64,000 nt of DNA from the human T2T-CHM13v2.0 reference genome, Homo sapiens. The stretch is taken from assembly GCF_009914755.1 (NCBI RefSeq), contig NC_060939.1, one strand, 5' to 3'. The notes below the pieces were generated by a model. That model did no database searches and was not told the origin of the DNA. It saw only the letters and a list, made by a program, of their open reading frames with translations. Below, in pieces: positions 39,842-51,775 of the stretch (position 1 is the first letter of the stretch; every line of letters begins with the position of its first letter). The position numbers were made by a program, and so were the translations under genes.

Positions 39842-41022
39842 CAGGGTTGACTGATTTGCAGGACTCAGTGCAAAATAAAAATGTGAAGTCTCCCTCTTTC
39901 AAACAGAAGGAAAATCGTGCAGTTAAAGGTACTAAAATAGCTTTTACTTTCCTCCTTGATCCCTTTCTACCTGTCAATGTGGTTTTTATCTGTTATTTGG
40001 TGTGGCACGCTTGGGTATGGGGATACCTGTGGATGAGTATGGACCCTCACCAGCTCCTTTGATGTTGTGGTCCATTGGCTGCTGGACCAATGTGCCATGT
40101 CCTGTCTGCAGTGGGGAGGTCAAAACAGGCATCTCCCCTTCTCCAACCCATGGTGGACTGGTGATATGGTTATTTGTCCCCCCACGAATCTCATGTTGAA
40201 ATGTGATCCCCAGTGTTGGAGGTGGGGTCTGATGGGAGGCATTTGGGTTATGGGGCCAGATTTCTCAAAAATGTCTTGCTGTTCTTCCTGTGGTAATGAG
40301 TTCACATGAGATCTGGTTGTTTTAAAGAGAGTCTAGACCCTGCTCCTTCTCTCTCTCGCTCCCACTCTTGCCATGTGGCTAGCTCCCCTTCACCTTCTGC
40401 CATGATTGCAAGCTTCTGAAGGCCCTCACCAGTAGCAGATGCTGGCTCTATTCTTTGTGTACAGCCTGCAGAACTGTAAACCATTTTTTAAAATAGATTA
40501 CCTAGTCTCAGGTATTCCTTTGTAACAGTGTACACAGACTAATATGACTGGTGACCCCTGTGCTGGGACCCACTATGTATCTGGATGGGGTGGGTGAGAA
40601 GCTTGCCTCTGCTGAGATGCTAAATAAACACACTCTGGTTCTGCTAGCCCTGGGAAGGTGTCACCATACCGTGTTCTGGCAGGCATAGGCCTACCCTGAT
40701 CCTCTCTGTACCAGCGTGTGGGACCCGATTAGTTGGGGGTGGGTGACAATGAGACAGAGACCAGGACACCAGACAGTGGGTAGGTGAGTGGCCAAGAACT
40801 TGCCCTGGGAGGTGGTAGGAAGCAGAACCATGGTGAGCCAGGCTCTAAGGATCCTGGGGCATGCTCCATTGTCCTATTGGACTTCACTCACAGAAAACAA
40901 ATTCAAAGATATAAACAGTTTCAGGACTGCGACTGCAGAGCCCAGAACCTCCTGTGTGGGGGCCCCTTTTGAGCAGCCTTATTGTGAGACTATGTAGGGC
41001 CCGTGTCTTGAAGCTAGCCCAG
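39842..41022 (-). mobile_element. hAT-Tip100 DNA transposon (MER45B/C-like), split by MSTB
   Basis: The ends match the reverse MER45 termini: cagggttgactgatttgcaggactcagtgcaaaataaaaatg ... ggggcccctttt...tgaagctagccc. Confidence 0.65.
40162..40546 (+). mobile_element. MaLR solo LTR (MSTB-like)
   Basis: tgatatggtt...atctcatgttgaaatgtgatccccagtgttggaggtggg...gtctcaggtattccttt...gactaatatg, with a perfect 5-bp TSD ACTGG. Confidence 0.92.
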
Positions 41023-41916
41023 GTGATTATTTCTCGAGGCTAAAGGCAATTCCGTAAGAGAGCTTCTCTTAACTCCCATTCAGTAGAAGAAGAAACTTAG
41101 GCTTTAAGTAGCTTGCATCAAGAATGTAGAGGCAGAGGTAACATTTGCCCCCAGGTATAATTTAAATGAATCCAATAGGATATCTCTGGTATCAATAAAT
41201 AAGTAAGTTGAGCTGTTAAACCATACTTTCCTCAGGGCTAGATTGGTAAACTAATACGGGCGTGTCACTAAACCCGTCAATGAGAAAAGTCATGGTGCAT
41301 CCTCTGTCCAACAAAGGACAAACTTCCAGCAACACTGTGAAGAGTCTGCACTGCTTGATGAGGAATCTAACACCCAACATACTTCCTGAAACTTGTCTCA
41401 GTCATTAATTATATTCGTGCATTCAGCCATTCAGAAAACAATTATGGCGTTCCTGTAGTAGGCAAGAATTTTGCTTGATATTTCTGGGGAATATACAAGT
41501 GATTAAGATCTCCTCTCAAGGAGTTTAATTCTGCCAGGAAACTTGCAAACACTATTGTTAATGTAAGTAAGGAAGTGTCCTAAGGGAGGAAACAACTATT
41601 GCAGTGGGGTGGGGGATTCAAAGAACAGAGGCCCCTTGGAGGTGATGGAATAAGACTCCTGGCTGGTGCTATTTAAGATGGTCTTGTGTGAAGGTTGTGA
41701 GGAGAGATCATGAGGTGGGTATGAAGGAGGGAACAGCAAGGGCAAATCCATAGAGGTTGGAAAAGCAACAGCTTGTTCTGGGAACTGTACCCCTCCAATT
41801 CCAAGCGTGTGTTTCCATGTCCTTACCTGACCCTGCTCCTTCACCGCGTTTGGTTGATCTAGAGGTATGCTTCTCTGCGAGTCTTTGTTCCAAACAGATT
41901 CTGGGAATTAGGGTGT

Positions 41917-43242
41917 TGAGACAGAGGAGGGGCCCCCTTTTAGGGCCCTGTAGTCCCCCAAGCATAGAAACCAAGGAAAATCCTGAGTTCTTTCAAGGGA
42001 AATTCCAGGCACCTAGCTAGCCCTAAGAAGTAAATGTGAACTTGATAAACAAGAAGGTAATAGTAACCTAAAACAATAACAAGGAAGTTAGAATCAGGGG
42101 ATGCTTGGTTTCACTAGAAACTAAAGATAATGTAACCAAACACAGGTTCAGTCACATGCCATTTGCAGGGTCCAATTAACACGAGTGAGGTCTGGTATAA
42201 AGAAAATAACTTTTTATTCCAAAGCTAGTTTAGGAGAAGAAGAAAAGCCTTCCTGCTGTAAGGGTCTGATTTGCTTTTGCAGGAGAAAGTAAGTGCTTTT
42301 AAAGATGGGGGTCTACACAGGAGCAGAAGTGAGGAGGTGTGGGGGGGTCCACATACTTGCTTTGGTGCTTTATGTGTTGGGCAGTCAAGTTGGCATCTTC
42401 ATGGGCAGGAATACATTGTAAAAATGGCCAAAAACTCTAGTGGGCATACTTTGGGTTGTAAATCATCTTTTATCTCTTGAGGCAATCTTCTGGTGGGTGA
42501 GAGTTCTGCTCCAGAGCTTCTAAGCACACAGTTTGATGAACTTGCCCTGTAGAGAGTATCTGGTGAGGAGGAGGTAAAAGGCTATAATTGCATTTCTAAA
42601 GAGATACGTAGAAAGTGGAGAAAAGGAAGGAAGAAAAGAAAAAGAGAAAAAATGAACTGTTAGAAAAATGGGGGTAATTCTTATGATAACATATTAACAT
42701 ATGTCCCCAAGTTGTTGTTCAGAAACCCACACCCCCACCAATTGGATCCACTGGCACGTAGACCTCAGATAAGAGAGACCTGAAGACTAAACTCTGACCA
42801 CCATTCTTGTAAATTTTTTCCCAGGGGTCCTGGAGGGAGCCACACCCATGAGCCAGAGCTAACATTATTTTCTGCTGACTCCAAATTTTTAAACAAAGCT
42901 TCTCTTCCTCAACCAATTGAAAATAAGAAAATCATTGAATCTACCCAAGATGTGTAAACCCACGCTTCAAAATATCCCACCCTTTTAGGCCAACACTAAC
43001 GTATAACCTCCATGTATTGATTTATGATTTTGCCTGTAACTTCTGCATTCCTGAAATTTACACCTGCCTTTCAAAACCCTTACTTGCAAGCCATTGAGGT
43101 CAGGATATAAGAATTAGCTGCCCGTTCCTCCTTGCTTGGTGCCCTGCAAATAAACAACTTCCTTCCTGTGGCTGCAAAATCTCAGTGTGCACATCTGGTC
43201 TTACTGTACTGAGTGAGTGGACCCAAGTTTGGTTCTATAACT
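41917..43242 (+). mobile_element. ERV1 solo LTR (MER72-like), split by a second LTR
   Basis: tgagacagagg...aagggaaattccaggcacctagctagccc...aactaaagataa|catattaacatatgtccc...caaataaac...gtggacccaagtttggttctataac. TSD gtgt/gtat. Confidence 0.75.
42131..42685 (-). mobile_element. ERV1 solo LTR (MER87-like)
   Basis: Starts tgtaacc, has a reverse poly(A) signal (tttatt) at about 42213, and a perfect 4-bp TSD ATAA (42127-30 / 42686-89). Removing it restores the host LTR. Confidence 0.75.
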
Positions 43243-43899
43243 GTATCTCTTGCTATTGTAGAAGCTGTGGGCTGGCACTCCTGAGAGCCCTAGGTAGTGG
43301 TGTTTCCTGACATGTAGGGTATGCCATATGCTCAGAGAGAATGAATGAAAGTGACGGGATAAGCAGAGAAGCAGAGGCAAGAGGTGGGAAGGCAGGAGAG
43401 CCTTATTCCCAGTTCTTCCCAAGGCCCGGAGGTTGCATCAGCCTTCTGTTCTGTAGCCCTTCCTCCCAGTGTCCATTAGGTCACACTCTTTTACCTAGAT
43501 CACTTTGAGAGGAGTTTGTGTCCCTTGAATTCAGAGACTTCTTTCAAATACAGAGGCTATTGCAATGGTCTAAGGGAGGGCTCAGGAGAGGCTGCTACAG
43601 GGCAGGGGAGAAGATGGAGGGGAGGGGGCTGCATGGAGGAGCCTTTATGGAGGCTCACATGATGGACTGAGCTCTCAGGATGTGGCAGTTGTGGATGCAC
43701 GGAGACGGGCAGGGATGATGATGGACAACACCCAGATTTAAGGGATCACTGGCATTGGGAGGAATGACTAAACACAGCACTGTTAAAAAAAAAAAAAACA
43801 TTAGGTTAGTTTAGTTTTATGCTCTAAGGAAAAAGAGCTGTTCAGACATCCATAGTCTTAACTTTAAAGCAGCTGGAAATGTAAACCCATGCAGCAGGT

Positions 43900-44110
43900 G
43901 TAGGGCATTACACGCTGAGGCCCTGGAGTCAGACTCTTCTGCATGTGGCTCCTGCTCAGACGTCCACTAGCTGTGCAGCTCTGGATACATCTCTCTACAC
44001 CCCATTTTATTGTCTGTAAAATGTCATAATATCTAATTCAAGATTGTAATACGAATTAAATGAGAAAGGCACTAGTGCCTAAAACATAGTAAAGCCTGTG
44101 AATCTTAGCA
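43900..44110 (+). mobile_element. MIR
   Basis: ctggagtcagac...cactagctgtg...ctgtaaaatg...gaattaaatgaga...agtgcctaaaacatagtaa. Confidence 0.75.
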
Positions 44111-46264
44111 AAAACCAAAACCAAGCCAAAACAGAAACTTACGGATTACTGGGATAAAAATGTCTCTTCTTCTGGGAAATCCTATTCTTTATATCCTATT
44201 AACACAAAGAAATTGAGGAAAGTAATCCTAATATGTACTTAGATTTCTTAAAATGTTGAGATTATATTTTTATCAGTAGACAGATATTATGAGCCATTTG
44301 TACACAATGTAAGTTCCAATAATTCATAATTAATATCATATACCCCATATCCTACCTATTCAAATTTCTAGTTTTTCTCAGGACATTAACAAAGTTAGTA
44401 GGAAAAATGGACTACCATGGCCGCAGATATCACAGAGAGCCCACCTGCGCCAACATCAGGAAGCAGTTTTCTTTAGAAAACAATTCTTCTAAAAATCAAT
44501 ATAATAGAGGTAGTTTAAAATGCTTAAAAGAGAAGACATAAGTCGAATGTTTAACTGTGACTCTAAATTTCCATTTATTCCATTTAGTATGCTTTGTATT
44601 ATAGAACATAAAAACTGCCCCCACACCAACCTATGGAATGTTGACACCTGAGATAATGGAAGCTTCCCATAATTCAGTATTCCACTATTTTCTGATTGTA
44701 CTGAAAGAGAAACAACCAACGACCAGTACAAGATTTCACATCTTCAAAAAAAAAAAAAGAAAAAGAAAGCATTTGCGCTTATTGAAATATGTTTTTAAAA
44801 TGGGATGAGGTGGAATTCTTTCCTTTTGGAAAATGCATTTCTAGAGTTACTGAAATACGTGCATTTATAAAATGTTGATAAAAGTTTTCCTCTGCATTTT
44901 ACCAGAAGGGAGGTAAGGACTGGTAAGATGTGATGTCACACAGACTTGGCTTCTTTCTGTTTTACGCCACCAGAGAGTGGGTTCTCTTCTTTTTAGCTTC
45001 TGCATTTTCTGTGGGTATTTTTTAGTTTAATTATTTACTTCACCCTCTTTTGCCTCTGCTCCGGTTTTTTCTGTTGTTCTTTTGTCTAAAGATTTTTTGT
45101 TTTGTTTTGTTTTGTTTTGCTTTCCTGCTGCATTTTTTTTTCTGGCTTAGTTTCCATTTATATATGAGCTAACTTAGCTGACCACCTTGCCCGTCTCCTT
45201 AGAATCTTCCTTTTCTGCTCCTTCAACTGAATTATCCTTCTGTTGAATTGCCCTGTCAGATGTAAGTTTCCAGGAAGACAATGCTCTAGAAATTCACACT
45301 TATGGATTCATAAGAAAAACAGAGAGGGCAAATAATGGCTTCAAAATATTTTGATAAGTCTGTACATTTGTTTGTATAGTCAGCCATGGATTTCCAAGAA
45401 TGTGGAGGAGGAGGAAAGGGAGGCAAAATTTAATGGGCCAATTGTAGGAAATTGACTTACACAGCTCAGAAATATGATCTAGAGGCTTTAACAAAACACA
45501 CACTGGGGTGATGCTATAAATAACTGGCAGCATGTGGAGTTCATTAAGAGGAGTGGTTCAGGCACCTTGGAAGGTAGCTGCAAGAGCAGGCACACTCCAA
45601 GATGTGCCCTTTCACTCACAGATTTCACAGATGTCAAGAGTTTCCAGGGGCTCTGGTCTGTCTGTGTCTGCCCTTAGAGAGAAGCGTGGCCATGCCTCGC
45701 CCTTTGCGAGGCCTGGCTCAAAGTGACCAGAGCTTGAAGAGCAAATTACTGGTGTGTTAATAGATTTAGCAGAGGGATTTGGACTCGGGATTGGTGATTT
45801 CACCATCCTAATTTTTGTTCTCTGCTCTTTGTCATAACTGCTTAACATCATGCTAAAGTTTGTAGCTGTCTATCAAAAGAGCAATTGAATATAATTTCTG
45901 ATGTTAGTTACCAAAAAGGGATATTTCAGGGATTTAGCCCAGCCGCAAAGTGAAGAACATAAAAGTCTTACTTATCTAAATTCTTTTTTTGATGCTTAGT
46001 TAACTTCTTACCTCTGCAGCTTTGGAGTATTCCCTGAATTTCTCAGTGCACCTCATCACTTTTTCCTTTGAATTGTTTTGGTCTCCAGTGTCTTGTGTTG
46101 TAGAAAGGGAATGGAGTTTTACAGACCCGAGTTTATTGCTTGGCTGTGACACTTGTTATGCTATGTTGCATAAATTCCAGATACTATAACCTTTTAGACA
46201 GGGATTACTTAATGAGTTTTGATTATTACACTAGATTTATATTTTTACTTAATTTTCACTTCAA

Positions 46265-46400
46265 CTGAATAGGAGATCTTATTACCTTTACATTTTACAG
46301 GTGGGGAAACAAACTCAGAAAAAAAGAACTTATCTAAGATCACATGGCTTGTAGCCAGTAAGGCTGTCAGGATTTGAATGTGGGTTTTCTACCCAAGCGC
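46265..46400 (-). mobile_element. MIR
   Basis: cattttacaggtggggaaac...aacttatctaagatcacatggct...caggatttgaa. Confidence 0.7.
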
Positions 46401-47268
46401 TTATTGATCCAGGTTAACTTTTCTGAGCCTTAGTTCCTTCATCTTTGAAATGGAAATAGTTGTGTAAGTGTAATGATTCAATGAGCAAGACAGCCTGAAG
46501 TGTTGGGATCAAAATTTGTCTATATGTAATTCCTTCCTTTCTCTCCTCATTAATTAGGGTTTTGTCATATGCTGTTACAGATCTTCTCATGTTTATAAGT
46601 GGAATTTTCACGTAGATCCTGAATTTTCTGTATGTGGTGGCTCTAGCTCATGCAGACTCTACGGATCCCATCACACAGCACAGTGGCTATCAGACAGCAC
46701 ACGCATACAAGGATGGTGACTTAATTTGGATGATTGTGATGTCTCTTTCTCTGCTTTTGGATACTCCCAGGAGCCTGGCATTATGCCCCTCTGTGAGGCT
46801 AAGGCAATCTGACGTTGTCACATTCCTTCCTAAATGAAAGTTCGTAACTACAATATTGCCACTGCAGGAAATTAAGTCTATGGAACAAGCAAGCAAGTCT
46901 CCAAACTATTTGGGTATTTTCTTCGAAGACTCTTGGGAGTTTGATCTTCCCATTAACTATCCCAAAGTATTATAGTATAAAAATAGGCAAAAGTGGGAAT
47001 ATATGCAGGGGCAGGTAAGTAAGGTATTTCTTGCCTGTCTGAACTACTTGCCCATGAGAATTTTTGAGTGTAGTTTTTGAGTGAAGCATTTTAGCAAAAG
47101 AAAGAGATATGGGAAGTAAAAGAGGAGAAAAGGAGAATGTTCAAGAAGATGGGGTATCTTGATGGGTATATTGGCCCATCATCAATCTTTAGCATTTTCT
47201 AGCAGTTAGGGATATTAGATGGTAGGAGTATGTATGTCTGTGGTAGGGGTGGGGCAGAGGGCACAAGC

Positions 47269-47448
47269 CAGTGATTCTCAATCCTGGCTGCACATGAAAA
47301 CAACCTGGGGAGAATGAAAAAATGCTAGTGGCCAGAACCCACCTCCGGCCAACTGAATCAGAATCTCTGGGAATGAGGCCCAGGAAATGAGTATTTAAAA
47401 CCAGTTCTTAAGGTCATTCTCATGTGTTTCTGGGGTTGAAAACAACTA
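47269..47448. mobile_element. hAT-Charlie MITE (MER5A/B)
   Basis: cagtgattctcaa...ctgaatcagaatctctggg...gcccaggaa...ttgaaaacaact. Confidence 0.8.
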
Positions 47449-47989
47449 ACCTATAAGGGTTGGCCAGGCCAGGCCCAGAAACAAGCTGTTTTTCTGGCAA
47501 TATCTCTGGGAGAAGTTGTTAAAAGACTCTTGTTAGTCTTGAAATATAGGAAGGTGGATAACATCAGGGACCTCAAGAATGTACATTTTGTTTATCTTTT
47601 TGGAAGAGGTAACTACCATCAAATATATTTGTTGACAATAAATTGATTTCTTGTAGGAACCATACATGAGAGGTCTAGGGTTCAGAGGTACTATGAAAGT
47701 GTAGAGAAGATGGAATAAGTGATACCGGAAGTAAGCTTGCTTTCTTTGTCTGTTGCACATCCATACCTCCAGAGTACAGCTCATTCTCAGCCTTTCTTCT
47801 CTGATCTTGAAAATAAGCGTACTCATTCATTTCAGCCTCTCCATTCTGCTGTTACTAATGGTACTGTTCTATTGTGAAGAAAAGCTTACGTTTTCAGTTT
47901 TTCCTTTGAAGGTTATTTCCACCTGTTTTTGGTGGCTACAACTAGCACCATTTTTATTTTCTTTAAAAGTCAGTTAAAAGGTAATGTGA

Positions 47990-48215
47990 TGGGCATGGGT
48001 AGGAATCAAAGAGAACTGTTTGAATCCCTCATCTGTTAGTGAATTCTGTGATGTTTGGTAAGTTTCTTAATCTCTGAGCCTCAGTTTCTTAGTCTATAAA
48101 ATAGGGAAAATATTACTTACTTGAAAAGCCTGTTGAGAGGTTATGTAAGTGAATGAATGTTAAACATATAGGCCGATGTCAGGAATATGATAGTTGTCTG
48201 GTAAGTGTTGGTATT
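47990..48215 (+). mobile_element. MIR
   Basis: ggtaagtttcttaatctctgagcctcagtttcttagtctataaaataggg. Confidence 0.75.
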
Positions 48216-48569
48216 GCATTTTTTAAAAAGTACATATGTTCACTTAACTTCAGAGAGGAATAACTATGTTAGATAGCTATAGAAAGAAGTTGGAATAAAA
48301 ACACCACACTTAAAGAAATTCTATTCACATTTGAATATAGAGCACACATTATGCCAACTTCACTGGCATAGCAGACTACTTTCTATTCTCTAATTCTCCC
48401 ATCCCTCATATCTACTAGACCTGTTTGGTCACACAACTTCCAGATGTGGTACACAGTCCTTGCAATAAATATGTAATGAAATCGTCGATGGCTATATTAA
48501 GCCAGATAAATCAAGTTCTAATTCCAAGGTATTTTAGGTTTTTTTGAGGACCTAAGGTAAGGATTCAAC

Positions 48570-48702
48570 TATTTGTAGATATACAAATAATAGTTGTGTA
48601 TATATAACTATTGAATGAGTATCCATTATTTGTATATATACAAATAATAGTTGTGTATATATAACTATTGAATGAGTATCCATTATTTGTATATACACAA
48701 AT
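48570..48702. repeat. Minisatellite, 57-bp unit x about 2.3
   Basis: Unit tatttgtatatatacaaataatagttgtgtatatataactattgaatgagtatccat, repeated almost perfectly. It also shows as a 19-aa repeat in the ORF at 48552-48737. Confidence 0.95.
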
Positions 48703-50209
48703 GCTGTTGAGCTATGGAGTATATTAGGTGGGTTCATACAATGCTACAACAGCCAACTCTAGAGACATTCATTGCCTTCTGCTTGTAATTTTTCTATTGA
48801 TTACAATTGGGCATCATGTTCAACTTTGTCCCATCTCTGATCTGGACCAAATAAACTTAGGTAACTTTTTCATAGTGGGGTTAAACTAAATTGAATTTGG
48901 GAAAATAGATGAGATAAAAAATTAGTAGAATAGAATTATTTCTCAGTCATTTCCATTTCTGAGCACCCACTATGTGTCAGGCACTGTGCTCAGTTCTGGG
49001 TGGGGAAGCTAAGGATGATGAAATGCTGGCAAGTGAGCAAGACACTAAGGCAGACCCAGATGGCTGTCCAAAAAGGTATTTCTAGCTGCTCCTTGGATCA
49101 GTTTTACAAAGATATTCATGTGTGTAGTTATAGCAGCCAGGGTTGTGATGGGCATAAGGGTTGCCAATTGAGAATGTTTTCTGCCACCTTTTATATGAGG
49201 AGAGCAAAGACGTCTGGAGACGTCTTAATGAGATTTCAATTTGTGAGATGCTTGGCATTGAGTTATAGTAGGTGGCAGATGGAGTTGCATGCCAGGTCAA
49301 TAACTGAGATTTACAGGCCCACATATATTTGGAATTTCCTTAAGGGCCATTTCTGGAAAGGTGGTCTATCCTGGGAGAATTGTGATGCAAATGGGGTTAA
49401 GTCATCAGATATCCTGTTGTTGCCATGTCATTAACCATTTCTGATATTCAAAAGGAAAGGAATGTAGATCTATGAAATTCTGGTGTCTGCCTCTTCAATA
49501 ACAAAAGAGATTTGGGGAAGAAGGAGGCAGTTTGGAGTGCCCAGAAGTGGTAAGGACAGTACTCAAATCCATTTGATCTCTCTAACTCTTGGAGTTCATC
49601 CAAAGGAAATTTTCCCAAGGGTCTTTGGAACCAGAATTCATTCTATTCCAAGTTGTTTCTAAAGAAGTCATTAAGGAGTCTTCCACCCTTTAACCTTTTT
49701 TGTATTCACCAAATCTTTAGTGAGAACCAAGAATATACTCCTTGGATGCTCTCTGGTGTGGGTAAAAGAGTTATCACAGATCACGTGTAAAGGAAAACCT
49801 TCCTGTCAAGAATAGGTCTGGTGATCTCTTCCCCAGAGCTTCTTGCCAATGTATTGACTTACAGAACTACAGATAGGATGCTTCAGGCCCCCAAAATGCT
49901 GACCAGGTGTGTTTTGGTGAATGAGTCATTGTCACACAATAGGAAATTACATCAAGTCAGTTTATAATTAATATTCTGTAAGTAGTATTTGCTGCCTTGC
50001 CCAAGGGAGGATTTCTTGTTTAAGAGTTATTTTCTGCCTTGTATTATAGTTATGTACATTCTTGTCTCAACTAATAAATGATAAGCTCTCTGAGAGTTGA
50101 CTTCTACATCTTTCTATAGCCTTGATGTATTGAGTGCTAATTTTGTTTGTGTCTGAAAACATCAAGGTAACTTTAAGCAGTAGGAGAGAGGAAATTAAGA
50201 GGACATGCA

Positions 50210-50562
<353 letters not shown>

Positions 50563-50669
50563 CTACCCTTTTATTTTGGTAATAGACATAGGGGGAGTTA
50601 TGTGGGTTGACTGTGTATAGAAGTTCAAATCTTTAAGGTGTTTGCTGCTGAGTCACATCTCACATCCTT

Positions 50670-50813
50670 TTTCTCTTTTTAAATTAATATTTCTTTCGGT
50701 TTTTTTTTTTTTTTTTTTTTTTTGTAGAGATGGGATCTCACTTTGTTGATCAGGCTGGTCTTGAACTCCTGGGCTCAAGCAGTCATCCTGCATTAACCCA
50801 AAGTGCTAGAATT
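50670..50813 (-). mobile_element. FLAM-C / AluJ left monomer, 5'-truncated
   Basis: Poly-T then gtagagatgggatctcac...ctcctgggctcaagc...cccaaagtgctag, flanked by tcacatc repeats. Confidence 0.8.
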
Positions 50814-51519
50814 CACATCTTTCTTTTTGACCAGCTTTCTTGTTTGAGCTATAGCATCTCAAACTCCAAAATAAATGAAGTTCAGCACTGTATTGCAATC
50901 TGTGAGAAATTCTATGTTATATGTTGGTCCCTGAGCCTCATTGGCTTATAATTCGGTAGAGAATTTGAGTCTTACTGCCTTGAAATCACTAGATAACTAG
51001 GCGAGAATGTCCTTCAGGTTTCCAGGAAAGAGAGTTATGAACCAGGATTGGATAAGTTTAAAACATTTTAAAATTAGGGCTCAGATGTCCTCTTTAAAAA
51101 GGAATGGCATTTGGATGAGTGAAGAACCCAGGGGAAGTATTCTGTGAGAAGAGAGGGGATGTGACTGTGCTGATGATGGTCTGCCCTGTTCAAGGCTCTT
51201 CATTCTCATAAACTTTAGTCCCTTTCAGCAAAAGGTACATCTGAAGACACCAGGCATGCCCTGAATATGTTACAAAGAGGCTGCATACACAAGAAAGGAG
51301 ACTACCCACTCTCCTAAAACTTCTTCCTTAAAAATGACAGATATGACCATTTTTTGGACTGGGAAAGAATAGAAATAAGATAATCCATTCTGGAACTAAA
51401 GTCAGAAACTGTTAAAATAATCTACATATGTTTAAGTTTTATTCAGTAACTTGTGTCATTGCTTTTATGAAAGGCAGCTATGCCTTTGAATGTACTGGTC
51501 TCTGTAAACTTACATTGAT

Positions 51520-51775
51520 TTTAAGCTTTAACTCCAGTGTCACCTACTCTGTAATGCCTTCTCTGGCCCCAAATCTAGCACACTTTATTTGTTACTGCTT
51601 CTAGTCTCTCTTAGAACCTTTTGGGTCTTACCATCATCAAAATGATGACCTTGATTGCATGAGTTTGGCATGAGTCTGCTTTCTCATTGGACTTATAGCT
51701 TCTTTAAGTAAGGCTAGATAAGGCCTCTCTCCATAGTACATAGTAGATGCTCAATAAATTTATGAGGAAATAAAT
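51520..51775 (+). mobile_element. L2 3' end
   Basis: tgtcacctactctgtaatgccttctctg...catagtagatgctcaataaatttatgaggaaataaat. Confidence 0.7.

Larger units (their letters stand above)
41745..43551 (+). mobile_element. Old MaLR LTR (MLT1K-like), split by an ERV1 LTR
   Basis: The right part carries gagagaatgaa...cagagaagcagaggcaagag...cccagttcttcccaaggcc...tgtcccttgaa...aataca. The left boundary is approximate. Confidence 0.5.
41405..43760 (-). mobile_element. L2 relic split by nested LTRs (pieces about 41405-41720 and 43552-43760)
   Basis: Reverse L2 3' end (cattcagccattcagaaaaca...ctctcaaggagttta) that resumes after the LTRs (gaggctattgcaatggtc). Confidence 0.5.

Noticed and set aside
44378-44460. 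Possible C/D snoRNA on the minus strand (TGATG...CTGA)
   Set aside because: Box C is imperfect (cTGATGt), there is no convincing terminal stem and I recognise no rRNA guide.
44100-44770. Possible processed pseudogene ending in the A-run at 44746-44768
   Set aside because: No AATAAA shortly upstream, no TSD found and no recognisable parent gene.
44967-44980. Second CTCF-like motif ccaccagagagtgg
   Set aside because: Two mismatches at high-information positions.
47011-47020. Perfect splice donor CAG|GTAAGT
   Set aside because: No strong matching upstream acceptor, and an isolated 9-mer can occur by chance in 64 kb.
48570-48702. Palindromic repeats superficially like a CRISPR array
   Set aside because: The intervening sequences are identical rather than unique spacers, there are no cas genes, and the context is human.
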